NCBI GenBank assembly: GCA_964304625.1
Contig: OZ199838.1
Location: 14,147,061 to 14,211,060 of the forward strand
DNA from: Kudoa neothunni
Taxonomy: Eukaryota; Animalia; Cnidaria
Reading direction: 5' to 3'
DNA: 64,000 nucleotides
Shown: positions 63,351-64,000 of the stretch, one piece after another
Numbering within the stretch: position 1 is the stretch's first letter
Layout of the letters: each line of letters opens with the position of its first letter
The notes under the pieces: generated by a model
Told to the model about the DNA's origin: nothing
Databases searched by the model: none
Seen by the model: the letters and a program-made list of their open reading frames with translations, nothing else
Translations under genes and position numbers: made by a program

Positions 63351-64000
63351 ATTAGTAATGAACAACAGTTTTTTCATTTTAAACAAATATTAAAAATATG
63401 GTCCTGTTATTTTAAAGAATGTCAACTCTTTCTATCCAATAAACTTGAGTGTTAATGCTAATGAATTAACTAAAAATTAATAATGAATACTATTTACAGT
63501 TACATTTACATTTATGTACCAGCGCAACAACTTAGCACCCTTAATTGAACAATTACAAAACTTTCGCTACAAAAATCTCAACAAGTTAGGAAATATTAAA
63601 TTATGCACGGTAATTTCATGCTAATAGAATTATGATAGCATTATCGAGGTCAGTAATAGGTTCAGAAACTTCAAAATTATCAGGAGAATTTATTGGTTGA
63701 TTAAAAATGATCCTATTCGAATAAAACTATAATCTGTAGAAAATAATATTCAATTCTCTAATAAATTGGCTTTGATCTCACAAATCAAGAGTTTCATTTC
63801 GGTTAAAACATAACTTAAAGCAACCAAAAATAGAAATAGAAATATTTTCCGTTTGAAGCACAATTGTTAGGTTGATAAAAATATTCAGACGTTGGACGAA
63901 TGTGAGTTTTCAATGCCAGCACATCCATAAGAGCCCATTTAACTAATTGAATTCAATAACAGATATGCTTATAGAATACAGTAGAGTTTGAAAACATGTT

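Noticed and set aside
1-64000. CRISPR arrays, tRNA/rRNA genes, hammerhead or HDV-like ribozymes, alternative genetic code
   Set aside because: By eye I found no repeat-spacer arrays, cloverleaves or complete ribozyme cores. Conserved genes translate cleanly in the standard code once the short introns are removed.

Overview
Very AT-rich, compact eukaryotic DNA. It is animal-type (SH3-SH2 tyrosine kinase, DCLK-like kinase, Lbc-type RhoGEF, phosphorylase kinase alpha), with mostly 35-60 nt GT-AG introns, highly divergent proteins and tiny intergenic gaps. This fits a reduced metazoan parasite such as a myxozoan, but the taxon is inference only. I reconstructed the gene models by hand across the introns: RPS26, PHB1, a DCLK-like kinase, a DH-PH RhoGEF, MECR, a secreted Cys/Pro- and Gly/Ser-rich protein, an orphan type I membrane protein, a Src-related kinase, MRPS18C, a MARCH-like RING-CH protein, IMMP2L, a FERM-like protein, Rap1, ERV1/GFER, ELMOD and a 5'-truncated PHKA. 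Between and inside the gene clusters are islands of decayed DNA transposons: Tc1, three piggyBac, Merlin, several Buster-type hAT MITEs, pogo-like elements and Helitrons. Four observations stand out. (1) A secreted protein with signal peptide-KR, CPPCP repeats, a (GGSSGA-GGSSEA)n spacer and a truncated COLFI/fibrinogen-like motif, which is a candidate polar-capsule or wall structural protein. (2) A myristoylated Src-like kinase lacking both the activation-loop Tyr and the C-terminal tail Tyr. (3) NRF-1-like GC motifs upstream of 4 of the 5 mitochondrial-protein genes. (4) Operon-like tandem gene gaps of about 33 and 66 bp. No tRNA, rRNA or CRISPR array was seen. I could not establish a novel multi-gene system with certainty.
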